Shown here one piece after another: positions 17,917 through 29,118 of a stretch of DNA of 64,000 bases (position 1 is its first letter; each line of letters opens with the position of its first letter). The stretch lies in NCBI GenBank assembly GCA_032654565.1, contig JAULAX010000015.1:32001-96000 (forward strand), written 5' to 3'. A program made the translations under genes and the position numbers. The notes beneath the pieces are model-generated. The model worked only from the letters and a program-made list of their open reading frames with translations, was not told the DNA's origin and did not search any database. Origin of the DNA: Anaeromyxobacteraceae bacterium (GTDB taxonomy: Bacteria; Myxococcota; Myxococcia; Myxococcales; Anaeromyxobacteraceae).

Positions 17917-19161
17917 CTACGCCTTCTCCAGCGCCCGCTCCAGGTCGTCGGCCAGGTCGGCCGGGTCCTCCAGCCCCACCGAGAGCCGGATCATGGCGGG
18001 CCCGAAGCCGGCCTGCAGCTTCTGCTCCGGGGTCATGTCGGCGTGGGTCATCGACCAGGGGTGCTCGATGAGCGTCTCGATGCCGCCCAGGCTCACCGCC
18101 AGCCGCATGTGCTCGACGGCGTCGAGCACCCGGTAGGCCTCGGCCTCGCCGCCCTTGACGTCGAAGCTGACCAGGCTGCCGGCCCCGGTGCACTGCGCCT
18201 TCCAGAGCGCCACCTGGCGCTCGCCCATCTCCGCCAGCCCCGGGTAGTAGACCCGCGTCACCCCGGGGTGGCGGCGCAGCAGCTCGACGAGCCGCACCGT
18301 GTTGGCCTGCTGCTGCTCCATGCGGAGCTGCAGGGTGCCGAGCGAGCGGTGGATGAGCCAGGCGGTGTCGGGGTCGGACATCGAGCCGAGGATGGTCCGG
18401 GTGGCGCGCACCTGGTCGATGATCGAGGCCGGCCCCATGGCCAGCCCCGCCACCAGGTCGGAGTGGCCGCCGAAGAACTTGGTGGCCGAGTAGAGCACCA
18501 CGTCGGCGCCGTGGCGGAGCGGCTGCGAGAAGATGGGGCCGAGGAAGGTGTTGTCGATGAGCACCAGCACCGGGCGCCCCACCGTGGAGAGCCGGTCGGC
18601 CACCCGCCGCGCCGCCGGCACGTCGCACAGCTCCATGGTGGGGTTGGCCGGCGACTCCAGGAAGATCACCCGGGTGGTGGGGTGGGCCGCCGCCAGCGCC
18701 GAGAGCGCCTCCTCGGTGGCCCCGGCCGGGAAGGGGACGGTGCGGACCCCGAACTCGGGCAGCAGCTTGCGGAAGAGGTACTCGGTGCCGCCGTAGATGG
18801 GGTCGGAGAAGAGGATGGTGTCGCCGGGGCGGAGCAGGGTCAGGCAGGTGGAGGAGATGGCCCCCATGCCGGAGGAGAAGAGCGCCGCCGCCTCGGCGCC
18901 GTCCCAGACCGTCACCCGGGCCTCGAGGATCTCGCTGTTGGGGTTGTTGACCCGGGTGTAGATGAGCGCCGGGCTCTCGCCCGGCTCGCGCTGCCGCAGG
19001 CCGTAGGCCAGCTCGAAGGCCCGCTTGCCGTCCACCGCCTTCTTGAAGATGAAGGTGGAGGTCCGGAAGACCGGCGGCACCGCCGCCCCCTCGGAGCGCT
19101 GCGGGTCGTACCCCTTCTCGAAGATGAGCGTCTGCGGCGACGGCGCGCGGCGTTCGGACAT
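17917..19161 (-). CDS. PLP-dependent trans-sulfuration enzyme (methionine gamma-lyase/cystathionine gamma-synthase family)
   Basis: YTRVNNP, FSSGMGAI, ESPANP, DNTF, SATKFFGGHSD (PLP lysine), AVSLGG, RLSVGLE. Confidence 0.93.
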   Translation of the reverse strand: MSERRAPSPQTLIFEKGYDPQRSEGAAVPPVFRTSTFIFKKAVDGKRAFELAYGLRQREPGESPALIYTRVNNPNSEILEARVTVWDGAEAAALFSSGMGAISSTCLTLLRPGDTILFSDPIYGGTEYLFRKLLPEFGVRTVPFPAGATEEALSALAAAHPTTRVIFLESPANPTMELCDVPAARRVADRLSTVGRPVLVLIDNTFLGPIFSQPLRHGADVVLYSATKFFGGHSDLVAGLAMGPASIIDQVRATRTILGSMSDPDTAWLIHRSLGTLQLRMEQQQANTVRLVELLRRHPGVTRVYYPGLAEMGERQVALWKAQCTGAGSLVSFDVKGGEAEAYRVLDAVEHMRLAVSLGGIETLIEHPWSMTHADMTPEQKLQAGFGPAMIRLSVGLEDPADLADDLERALEKA

Positions 19162-19181
19162 GGTCCCCCCCGACGGTGGTG

Positions 19182-19993
19182 CTACGGCTCCAGCACGGTG
19201 CCGGCGCTCCCCGGCTCCAGCACGGCGCGGGCCAGGTCCCCGGCCGCGAGCCTGCCGATGATGACCACGCTGCGGGCCCCGCCGGCGAGGATGGCGAAGG
19301 ACTCCTCCAGCTTGGGGATCATGCCGCCGGAGATGGTGCCGTCCTTCACCAGCCGCTCGAACTCGGCCCGCCCGATGCGCGGCAGCCGGCTGGCGGGATC
19401 GGCGAGGTCGCGCAGCACGCCCGGCGTCGAGGTGACCAGCACCAGGGCGTCGGCCTTGAGCGCGCCGGCCAGCTGGCTGGCCACGGTGTCGCCGTTGATG
19501 TTGAGCACCTGCCCGCTGCGGTCGCAGCCGAGGCAGGCGATGACCGGCACGTAGCGCCGCTCCCAGAGATCGCCGAGCAGGGCCAGGTTGAAGCCGGTGA
19601 CGTCGCCGACCAGGCCGAGGTCGACCGGGTCCGGTCCGGCCCCCTGCATCACCTTCGGCGGCCGCCGCGACGCCTGCACCATGTGGCCCGAGGCGCCGTG
19701 CAGCCCCACCGGCATCACCCCGCGCGCCAGCAGCCGGGCGCAGAGGTCGACGTTGAGCTGGCCGGCCAGCACCTGCTTCATGACGTCGAGGGTGGCCTGG
19801 TCGGTGAAGCGCCGCCCGGCGATCATCCTCGGCTCCAGGCCGAGCCGCTTCTGCAGCGCGCTGGCCTGGGGCCCGCCGCCGTGGACGATCACCACCCGGT
19901 GCCAGCCGGCCACCAGCGCCTGGAGGTCGGCGGCGATGAGATCCAGCTCGGGGCTGTCGACGATCTCCCCGCCCAGCTTGATGACGATGGTCT

Positions 19994-19997
<4 letters not shown>
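19182..19997 (-). CDS. argB: Acetylglutamate kinase
   Basis: VIKLGG, VHGGGPQ, NINGD, GGMIPKL. Confidence 0.93.
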
Positions 19998-21058
<1,061 letters not shown>

Positions 21059-21084
21059 GGATGGCACTTATACCCGAGCACGCC

Positions 21085-22263
21085 ATGTCGGACACCTTCG
21101 GGGAGACCTTCGAGGAGGGCTACGCCTCGGTCGAGCAGTCGCTCGCCTGGCTGGAGGGCTCGGGGCCGGCGCTCGAGGCGCTGGTGGCGGAGCTGGTCCT
21201 GCTCGACTCCCACACCGGCGACGCGGCCGGCGTGGCGCGGGTGGTGGCGCTGCTGGAGGCGGAGCTGGCCGGCCTTGGGCTCACCACCGAGCGGATCGAC
21301 GCACCCCCGTTCGGGCCGCACCTCGCCTTCCGCGGACCGGCGGCCGGGGCCCCGGTCTTCCTGGTCGGCCACACCGACACCGTCTTCCCGCCCGGCACCT
21401 TCTCCGGCTGGCGCACCGAGGCCGGCTTCGGCCACGGGCCGGGCGCCTTCGACATGAAGGGCGGGCTGGCGGTGATGCTCTTCGGCCTGGCGGCGGCCTA
21501 CCGCGCCGGGCTGCTGGAGCAGGTGCCGGTGGCCGGGCTGCTGGTCGCCGACGAGGAGGTCGGGTCACCCTCGTCGCAGCCGCACCTGCGGCGGCTGGTC
21601 GCCGGGGCCCGCGCCGCGCTGGTCTTCGAGTCGGGGCGGGCCGGCGACCTGCTGGTGACGCGCCGCAAGGGGACGGCGGCGGTCCGCGTCGTCGCCACCG
21701 GCGTCGCCGCCCACGCCGGCAACGAGCACCAGAAGGGGAAGAACGCCATCTGGGCGCTGGCCCGCTTCGTCGATGCCGCCCAGCGGCTCACCGACCACCC
21801 GCGCGGCCTCACCGTCAGCGTCGGCACCATCCGCGGCGGCACCAGCAAGAACACCGTCCCGGAGCGGGCCGAGTGCGAGGTGGACCTGCGCTTCCTCTCC
21901 GAGGCCGACGGCGAGCGGCTGGTCGAGGCGCTGCGGGCCGCCTGCGTGGCGGCGGTGGAAGGGACCCGGCTCGAGCTGGAGCGCACCTCCTGGCGCGCGC
22001 CGCTGACGCCGACCGCGGCCACCGCGGCGCTGGCCGAGGCCTACGGGGCCTGCCAGCGGCAGAGCGGCCTCTCCTCCGGCGAGGCGCCGCTGGTCGGCGG
22101 CGGCTCCGACGCCTGCACCACCGGCGCCGTCGGCGTCCCGTCGATCGACGGCCTCGGGCCGCGCGGCGCCGGCTTCCACACCCGCGAGGAGCGGGTGGAG
22201 CTCGGCTCGCTGGTCCCGAAGGCGCAGGCGCTGCTGCGGTACCTCGCCAGCCTGGCCCGCTGA
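21085..22263 (+). CDS. M20 family metallopeptidase (carboxypeptidase G2/ArgE-like)
   Basis: GHTDTV, GPGAFDMKGG, DEEVGS, AHAG, GGGSD, FHT. Confidence 0.9.
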   Translation: MSDTFGETFEEGYASVEQSLAWLEGSGPALEALVAELVLLDSHTGDAAGVARVVALLEAELAGLGLTTERIDAPPFGPHLAFRGPAAGAPVFLVGHTDTVFPPGTFSGWRTEAGFGHGPGAFDMKGGLAVMLFGLAAAYRAGLLEQVPVAGLLVADEEVGSPSSQPHLRRLVAGARAALVFESGRAGDLLVTRRKGTAAVRVVATGVAAHAGNEHQKGKNAIWALARFVDAAQRLTDHPRGLTVSVGTIRGGTSKNTVPERAECEVDLRFLSEADGERLVEALRAACVAAVEGTRLELERTSWRAPLTPTAATAALAEAYGACQRQSGLSSGEAPLVGGGSDACTTGAVGVPSIDGLGPRGAGFHTREERVELGSLVPKAQALLRYLASLAR

Positions 22264-22284
22264 TCCGGCGGCGCCTCCTCGCGA

Positions 22285-23292
22285 TCAGGGCTCGACGTGG
22301 ACCCGACCCCAGCAGGCCAGGATCCTCCGCCCCGCCTCGGCGCGGGCCGGCTCGTCCTCCCCCTCCCAGGTGGCCAGCGTGAAGCGCGGCGAGCGGGCCG
22401 GCGCCTGGCCGAAGGAGGGATCGATCGGCACCCACGCCTCGTCGAGCCGCACCTCGGCCCAGGCGTGCCACGCCCAGGCGGTGCCCGACCAGGCCACGCC
22501 CACCGCGGTCCGTCCGCGGAACCCGGCGGCGCGGGCCCGCCCCAGCCAGTCGGCGGTCTGCTCGCGGCAGCTGGCCCCGTCCGCGCGCGGCGGCGGGAGC
22601 AGGGCGTGCACCACCGGGGGGACCGGATCCCGGCCGACGCCGCAGAAGCTCTTCCCCAGCTTCGGTCGGGCCGGGCCGACCACCTCGACGCCGAAGAGGC
22701 GCGGCGGGCTCGCCGGCACCGCCGCCCGCGGGTCGCGCAGGAAGCGGGCCCGCTGCCCCGGCAGGTCGACGTCCTCGGCCAGGCCGTCGGCTCCCATCTT
22801 CACCCACTCCAGCTCGTTCCCGAGATCGACCCGCAGCTTGCCGGCCTGGTGCCGGCCGCAGGCCCGCAGCGGGGCGCCGGTCTGCTCGTCGGCGGCGTCG
22901 AGGCAGGCGCTGGCCCCCGCGGCCGGCGGCCCCGCCGGGCCCACCTTCTCCCTGAGCCGCTGCTCCAGCACCGCCTCGACCAGCAGCGCCGGCACCGCGC
23001 CCGGCGGCAGCGTCACCTGGCGCGTGACGCCGGCCTCGGTGATCCGGGCGGGCCCCAGCGCCCGCCCCTCGGCGTCCACCTCCAGCTCCACCCGCCGCTC
23101 CACCACCGCCCCGCCGGCCTCGGCCGGGAGCCGCTGCGCCGACAGCCAGCGGACCGCGCAGGCGGCGCCGGGGCAGGCGATCTCCAGCGTCACCACCCCG
23201 AGCGGCTGGCCCGCCAGCTCCATCCGGTAGACGGCCCTCCCCTGCGGGAGCGCCGTCAGCAGCAACGCCAGCACCAGGCCTGCACCCATCAC
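22285..23292 (-). CDS. Exported transglutaminase-like domain protein
   Basis: Signal peptide; SCRE (Cys), WHAWAEV (His), WVPIDPS (Asp) triad. Confidence 0.8.
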   Translation of the reverse strand: MMGAGLVLALLLTALPQGRAVYRMELAGQPLGVVTLEIACPGAACAVRWLSAQRLPAEAGGAVVERRVELEVDAEGRALGPARITEAGVTRQVTLPPGAVPALLVEAVLEQRLREKVGPAGPPAAGASACLDAADEQTGAPLRACGRHQAGKLRVDLGNELEWVKMGADGLAEDVDLPGQRARFLRDPRAAVPASPPRLFGVEVVGPARPKLGKSFCGVGRDPVPPVVHALLPPPRADGASCREQTADWLGRARAAGFRGRTAVGVAWSGTAWAWHAWAEVRLDEAWVPIDPSFGQAPARSPRFTLATWEGEDEPARAEAGRRILACWGRVHVEP

Positions 23293-23918
23293 GTCCTCCG
23301 GCTCCGCCGCTTCCAGATGGTCCGGGCCAGGGCCACCGCCAGCACCACGGCGATGAGCAGCCCGGCGGCCCGGGTGTAGCGATCGACCAGCGACACCAGC
23401 TCGTCGAGGTTCCTGGCCACCAGGGCGCCGGCCCCGAGCAGCAGCCCGTTCCAGGCCGCCGCCGAGAGGGCGCCGAGCAGCAGGGTGCGCGAGAGCGGGA
23501 TCCCCGAGGCGCCGGCGGCCAGGAAGAGGAAGCCGCGCACGCCCGGGAAGAAGCGGTTGAAGACGAGCAGCCAGGCGCCCCAGCGCCGGTAGGCGGCCTC
23601 GAAGCGCCCCAGCTGCTCGCGGCTCAGCCAGCGGCCGGCGGCCGGGCTCTGCTCCAGGCGCCGCCCCAGCCAGGCGCCGACGCGGTGGTCCACCCAGGCC
23701 CCCGCCACTGAGCCGGCGGTGACGGCCACGAAGACCACCGGCCAGGAGAGCACCCCCTGCACTGCGTACCAGGCCCCCAGCACCACCAGCAGGTCGCCGG
23801 GGAAGGGCGGAATGACGTGCTCGATGAAGGCGGCCCCGAAGAGCAGCGCCGGCGCCCAGGCGCCGGTCTGCTCCACGACGCGCTGGAGGGTGCGGGTCAG
23901 CTCCTCGAGGGACGGCAC
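23289..23918 (-). CDS. DedA family membrane protein
   Basis: FIEHVIPPFPGD, RFFPGVRG, AGAS motifs; TM helices. Confidence 0.9.
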   Translation of the reverse strand: MPSLEELTRTLQRVVEQTGAWAPALLFGAAFIEHVIPPFPGDLLVVLGAWYAVQGVLSWPVVFVAVTAGSVAGAWVDHRVGAWLGRRLEQSPAAGRWLSREQLGRFEAAYRRWGAWLLVFNRFFPGVRGFLFLAAGASGIPLSRTLLLGALSAAAWNGLLLGAGALVARNLDELVSLVDRYTRAAGLLIAVVLAVALARTIWKRRSRRT

Positions 23919-23967
23919 CGCGCCATGCTACCCCGGCGCCGGGAGGTGCGTGCTAGCGTCCCGCCGC

Positions 23968-25155
23968 GTGACGCGCCGCCGCCTCCACCCCGCCGTCGCC
24001 GCCCTCTGCCTGCTCTGGCTGGCGCTGGGGCTGGCCAACGTGGCCCGCGGCCTCGACGCCGTCGGCCCCGACTACTGGCGCTGGGCCTTCGCCCACCACA
24101 GCTACAGCGACCTGCTCACGCTCTACACGCCGCGCTACCTGGGCGGCGCCCACCCGGTCCCCTACCTGGCCGACCGGATCGAGTACCCGCCGCTGCTCGG
24201 GCTGGCGCTCTGGCTCCCCAGCCTGGTCACCGGCGGGCCGGCCGGCTACCTGCTGGTGAGCGCGCTCTTCCTCGCCGCCTGCCTGGCGGCCACGCTCTGG
24301 TGCCTGGCGCGCCTCCCCGGCGCCCGGCCCTGGTGGCTGGCCGCCACCCCGGCGCTCGGCTACTCCGCCTTCCTCAACTGGGATCTCCTCCCCATCGCGC
24401 TCATCGCCGGCTCGCTGCTGGCCCTCTCCCGCGACCAGCCGGCCCGCTCCGGGGCGCTGGCGGCGCTCGGCACCGCCGCCAAGCTCTTCCCCGCGGCGCT
24501 GGTCCCGGCCGCCCTCGGGGCCCTGGCCGCGGCCGGCCGCCGGCCGCTCTGGCGCTGGGGCGCCGTCGCCGCCGGGCTGCTGCTCGCCGTCAACCTGCCG
24601 CTGGCGCTGCTGGCCTTCGACGGCTGGAGCTGGTTCTTCCGCTTCAACGCCGCCCGGGGCGCCGAGAACTCGGCCTGGCACGCCCTGGGCGGCCCGTCCG
24701 GCCGCTGGCTCGACCTGGCCTCGCTCGGCCCGGTGGCGCTGGTGGGGCTCCTGGCGCTGCGGGCCGCCTGGCGCTGCGGCCGCCGGGGGGACGGGCCCGA
24801 CGCCGCCCGCCTCGGCACGGCGCTGGTGCTGGTCACCTGGATCGCGCTCAACAAGGTCTGGAGCCCGCAGTACGCGCTCTACGGCTTCCTGGCCGGGGCG
24901 CTGGTGGCGGCGCCGGGCTGGCTCTTCGCCCTGCTCAGCGCCGTCTCCATCGCCGACTACCACCTCGAGTTCGAGGTGCGGGCCCGCGACTGGTCGCCGT
25001 GGTTCGTGGAGACGCTGGTGAAGCCGAGCGAGCTCGTGCGCACCGGCCTCTGGCTGCTGCTGGCCGCCTGGATCGGCGCCGCGCTCTGGCGCCTGGCCAC
25101 CCGCCCGGCCCCGGCCGCCTCCAGCGGGTCTCCTAGTAGTCCTTCTGCCAGATGA
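23968..25155 (+). CDS. GT-C fold glycosyltransferase (GT87/DUF2029-like)
   Basis: YSD, IEYPP, NWDL, AKLFP, NKVWSPQY; multiple TM helices. Confidence 0.85.
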   Translation: MTRRRLHPAVAALCLLWLALGLANVARGLDAVGPDYWRWAFAHHSYSDLLTLYTPRYLGGAHPVPYLADRIEYPPLLGLALWLPSLVTGGPAGYLLVSALFLAACLAATLWCLARLPGARPWWLAATPALGYSAFLNWDLLPIALIAGSLLALSRDQPARSGALAALGTAAKLFPAALVPAALGALAAAGRRPLWRWGAVAAGLLLAVNLPLALLAFDGWSWFFRFNAARGAENSAWHALGGPSGRWLDLASLGPVALVGLLALRAAWRCGRRGDGPDAARLGTALVLVTWIALNKVWSPQYALYGFLAGALVAAPGWLFALLSAVSIADYHLEFEVRARDWSPWFVETLVKPSELVRTGLWLLLAAWIGAALWRLATRPAPAASSGSPSSPSAR

Positions 25156-28100
25156 GCGAGGCGCCGCCGGCGCCGGCGTTGCCGTAGCGCGACTCCAGCG
25201 TCCAGCGCGGCGAGAGGTGGTACTGCACCCGCACCTCGTCGGTGTTCTCCCCCTTCTCCGGCCGGGCGTCGAAGCGGCGGATGTAGCCGACCATGATCCG
25301 GTCGGTGAGCTGCTTGCCGGCGGCCACCGCGGTGGAGTCGAGGGTGAGCGAGTCGAGCGGCATCTTCTCGCCGAGCTGCTCCTCGAAGAGCCGGTTGGCC
25401 AGGGCCAGCGACGCGGCCATGCCGGCGTCCTGGGCGGTGAAGCCGGTCCGCTCGGTCCCGCCGGCGCTCACCTCGGTGCGGCCGGTGACGATGAGCATGG
25501 CCAGCGACGCCTCGTCGAGCGCCGGCTCGGAGGTGAGCCGCAGCACCGGGGACTCGAAGGTGCCGGTGACGGTGGCGTGGACCAGGGCGGTGGGGTTCTG
25601 GTAGTCGGCGGCCAGGTCGAGCTGGGCGTCGTCGAGCGGCCCGCCGGGGAAGGCGACCCGGCCACGGACCACGGTGAAGAGCCGCCCCCCCAGCGGCTCG
25701 AAGGTCCCCTGCCAGGCGTCGAGCGCGCCGCGGACCTCGACCGGCGAGGCGGTCAGGTCCCAGGTGGCGTCGGTGCGCAGCTCGAGGTGGACGCGCGGCT
25801 GGTCGCTCCTGACCAGGATCTGCTCGCCTCGCACCCGGACGCTCGCCTCCAGCGGGATGGCGACCGCGCCGGCCGGCGGGGGCGTCCCCGCCGCGCCGCC
25901 GTCCTCCGCCGGCCTCGGCTCGCCGATGACGATGTCGGCCCGCTCCTGGAGCGACTGCAGCTGGCGCGGCGCCTTGCGCGGCAGCCGGACGGTGGCGCCC
26001 CGCTCCACCGCCACGTCCAGCTCCAGCCGGCGGCCCACCACCCGTCCCCCCAGCGCGGCGCGGGCGTCGATGGTGGCGACGTCCATGCCGGAGCGGGCCA
26101 CGCCGAAGTTGGTGGCGGTGAGGGCGCCGTCCACCCTGGCCTCGGGCTGGTCGAGCCCCTCCACGGCGAGCCGCCCCTGCAGCCGGCCGGCGCCGCGCTG
26201 CAGCGAGAGCTCCTCGACCCGCAGCCCGCGCGGATCGAGCGAGGCGGTGAAGCCGATGGCGTGGAAGGTGCCGTACCCCGGCAGCGAGGCCGCCCCGTCG
26301 ACCAGCGCCACGGTGCCGGCCAGCCGCGGGGCCCGCGCCGTGCCGGTCACCGTGAGGTCGGCGTCCACCTGCCCGCTGGCGGTGCGCAGACGGCCGGGCA
26401 GGAGCAGCGGCAGGAAGGCCGGGCTCATCGCCTCCCCCTTCACCGTGAGCTGCAGCGGCGCCTCGACCAGCGTCGGCGCCCCGGCCAGGGCCACGGTCCC
26501 CTCGGCGCGCAGCGTCCCCCCTCCGGTGGGCGCCAGGCTGAGCGCCAGCCGCGCCGCCCCCCGGTCTCCGCTGGCCGTCCCCGTCAGGTCGCCGACGGCG
26601 TGGCCGCCCAGCGCCAGCCCCACCGCCTCCACGGACAGCGCGCCGCGCGGCGCCGCCAGCGTCCCGCCCAGGGTCAGCCGGCCCTGCACCCGCCCTCCCA
26701 TCCCGGCGGGGAGCCCCGCCGTCCCCGCCAGCGTGGCCAGCTCCAGGCTGGGGAGCTCGACCTCGGCGGTCCAGGCGGCCTCGGCCAGCCGGGAGAGCGT
26801 CCAGCCCGGGCGGTGGAGCAGCGCGCCCCGATCCCAGGGGAGCTCGGCCCGCCCGCGGGCCAGCGCCGTGGTGGCGAGGAGCAGCTCCGCCTCGGCGCGC
26901 AGCGCGTCGCTCGAGCCGTCGAGCGCCGCGGTGAGCGTCAGCGGCTGCACCTCGCCCCAGCGCCCGCCGGTCAGCGCCGCGTGGGCGCTGAGCCGCGGCG
27001 ACCCCACCGAGCCGGCCAGGGTCAGCTCGCCGCCCAGGCGGCCGTCGGCGGGCAGGTCGAGCTGCCTCGACTGCAGCAGCCACTGGAGCGGCCAGCCCGC
27101 GGCGGCGACCCGGGCGGTGACCGCCGCGCCCGCCGAGGCGCCGCCGAGCGGCCAGGGCAGGTCGGCGGCGAGGTCCAGCGTGCCACCCTCACCCCGCGTC
27201 ATCCGACCCTCCAGCTGGATCCGCCGGGCCTGCTGCCGCCAGCCCAGCGACGCCTCGAGGGTGAGCCCGGTGAGCGGGAAGAGCTGCCCGGCGGCGACCG
27301 TCACCCGGGCCTCGAGCCGGAGACGCGCCGCCCGCCCGCTGACGCTCACCGTCCCGGTGGCCCGCCCCGCCAGCCCCAGCGACTCGGCCGCCAGCGTCCT
27401 CGGCAGCGCCGACAGGTCCAGCTCGTCCAGCGCCAGCCGGGCGTCGACGGCGCCGCCGCGCAGGTACCCGCCGGCCAGGGTCAGCCGCTGCGCCCCGGAC
27501 CTGAAGGCCGCGCCGTCGACGCTCGGCCCGGCGAAGGTGACGGTGGCCGGCCCCGACAGCGTCCAGGCCTGCCCCGCCAGCCCCAGCTCCAGGCGGGAGA
27601 GGGTCGCGCCGTGCCAGCCGGGCGCCAGCACGGCCTCGCCCCGCGCGGTGAGCAGGTCGCCGCCGAGCGGGCCGAGCGAGGTCGAGGCCTCCAGCGCCAC
27701 CGCGTCGCCGACCAGCCGCAGCTCGGCCCGCCCCCCGGTGACGGAGGTCCCCGCCACCGTGGCGCGCGCCAGCCGGACCGCCAGCGTCGCCTCGGGGGCG
27801 GCGGCGGTGCCGCGCAGCTCCAGGCTGGCCTCGCCCTGCCCGGAGAGGGCCGGGAGCTCGACGCCGAGGAGCGCCGCCGCCATCGGCCCGGCCACGGCCA
27901 GGTCGGCGGCGGTGAGCCGCAGGTCGGCGCGCAGCTCGCCGGCGTCGCGCCAGCGCCCCGACCCCCGCAGCGCCAGCCCGGGGAGCGCCACCTCCAGCCC
28001 CTCCACCGTGACGCGACCCTGGTGGAGCGGCTCCCGCGGCGACACCGGCCAGGCCAGCTCACCGCGGGCGGCGAGGCTGAGGCGACCCCGCGGCGCCCGG

Positions 28101-29116
28101 CCGAGGAGCCTGGCCGGGTCGATCCCGTCGAGCACCACGTCGAAGCCGAGCCGGCGCGGGCCGCCGGGCCCGAGCAGGAGCGTCAGCGCGGCCCGGCCGC
28201 CGCCGGTGGCGCCCGCGGGCGGGGTCAGCACCACCTCGGCGGTGATCCGCTTCCCGTCCGACTCGGCCGAGACTCGCCCCTCGAGCGGGCGCAGGCCGAC
28301 GCCGGCGCCCAGCAGCGCCGCCAGGTCCCGCTCGGCCAGCGCCACCCGCGTCGCCGCCGCGCGGAAGGTCTCGCGCTCCCAGTCCCACTCGCCGGACGCC
28401 TCCAGCCGGCTGGCGGCGGCCCCCAGCACCAGCCGCGGCACGGTGAGCCGGCTCCCCTCGATCCGGGCCGTGAGCTCGACGGAGAGCGGCCCCTCCAGCG
28501 GCACCGCCAGCGCCCCGGTGGCGGTGAGCGCGGCCACCACCCCGGCCGCCGAGAGCGACCCGGCGCCGTCGACCGCCAGGCCGCTGGCCTGGAGCCGCGA
28601 CCGGCCCTGCGGGTCGCGCCAGCTCAGGGCGGCCTCGGTGATGCGCAGCCGGTCGACGCGGATCTTCCAGCCGCCCCAGGGATCGGCGCCGACGCGCCCG
28701 GGCGCGGTGGCGGCGTGGAAGGCGTCGGCGATGGTGAGACGCCCTCCCTCCCCCGGCTCCAGCCAGACCTGGGCCCGGTCCACCTCGACGTCGACGCCGA
28801 CGGTGCGGGTGACCAGCCCGGCCAGCCCGATGCGGAGGCGGACCCGCTCGGCGCGGATCACCGGGTGGCCGGCCGGATCGGTGATCACCACGTCGCGCAG
28901 CTCCAGCCCCCCGCCTGGCCCCAGCTCGAGCCCGGCCAGCCTGATCTGGCCGGGCACCAGCCCGTCGAGCGCCCCGGCCACCACCCCGGCCAGGCGGCGC
29001 GAGGCCACGCCGGAGGAGAGCAGCAGCCAGGCGGCCGCGAGCAGGACGAGCAGGGCGCCGCCGATCCCCAGCAGGGCGAGGGCGATGGCACGCAGGGCGC
29101 GGGTCGGCCGGCGCAT
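25133..29116 (-). CDS. tamB: Translocation/assembly module TamB domain protein
   Basis: N-terminal TM anchor, long beta-taco-type repeats, C-terminal LTSEP.LDE...AGKQLTDR...LIWQKDY; adjacent to an Omp85 gene. Confidence 0.85.
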   Translation of the reverse strand: MRRPTRALRAIALALLGIGGALLVLLAAAWLLLSSGVASRRLAGVVAGALDGLVPGQIRLAGLELGPGGGLELRDVVITDPAGHPVIRAERVRLRIGLAGLVTRTVGVDVEVDRAQVWLEPGEGGRLTIADAFHAATAPGRVGADPWGGWKIRVDRLRITEAALSWRDPQGRSRLQASGLAVDGAGSLSAAGVVAALTATGALAVPLEGPLSVELTARIEGSRLTVPRLVLGAAASRLEASGEWDWERETFRAAATRVALAERDLAALLGAGVGLRPLEGRVSAESDGKRITAEVVLTPPAGATGGGRAALTLLLGPGGPRRLGFDVVLDGIDPARLLGRAPRGRLSLAARGELAWPVSPREPLHQGRVTVEGLEVALPGLALRGSGRWRDAGELRADLRLTAADLAVAGPMAAALLGVELPALSGQGEASLELRGTAAAPEATLAVRLARATVAGTSVTGGRAELRLVGDAVALEASTSLGPLGGDLLTARGEAVLAPGWHGATLSRLELGLAGQAWTLSGPATVTFAGPSVDGAAFRSGAQRLTLAGGYLRGGAVDARLALDELDLSALPRTLAAESLGLAGRATGTVSVSGRAARLRLEARVTVAAGQLFPLTGLTLEASLGWRQQARRIQLEGRMTRGEGGTLDLAADLPWPLGGASAGAAVTARVAAAGWPLQWLLQSRQLDLPADGRLGGELTLAGSVGSPRLSAHAALTGGRWGEVQPLTLTAALDGSSDALRAEAELLLATTALARGRAELPWDRGALLHRPGWTLSRLAEAAWTAEVELPSLELATLAGTAGLPAGMGGRVQGRLTLGGTLAAPRGALSVEAVGLALGGHAVGDLTGTASGDRGAARLALSLAPTGGGTLRAEGTVALAGAPTLVEAPLQLTVKGEAMSPAFLPLLLPGRLRTASGQVDADLTVTGTARAPRLAGTVALVDGAASLPGYGTFHAIGFTASLDPRGLRVEELSLQRGAGRLQGRLAVEGLDQPEARVDGALTATNFGVARSGMDVATIDARAALGGRVVGRRLELDVAVERGATVRLPRKAPRQLQSLQERADIVIGEPRPAEDGGAAGTPPPAGAVAIPLEASVRVRGEQILVRSDQPRVHLELRTDATWDLTASPVEVRGALDAWQGTFEPLGGRLFTVVRGRVAFPGGPLDDAQLDLAADYQNPTALVHATVTGTFESPVLRLTSEPALDEASLAMLIVTGRTEVSAGGTERTGFTAQDAGMAASLALANRLFEEQLGEKMPLDSLTLDSTAVAAGKQLTDRIMVGYIRRFDARPEKGENTDEVRVQYHLSPRWTLESRYGNAGAGGASLIWQKDY

Positions 29117-29118
29117 GG

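Noticed and set aside
25133..25155. 3' overlap of convergent GT87 and tamB genes
   Set aside because: Short convergent overlaps are common in GC-rich genomes.
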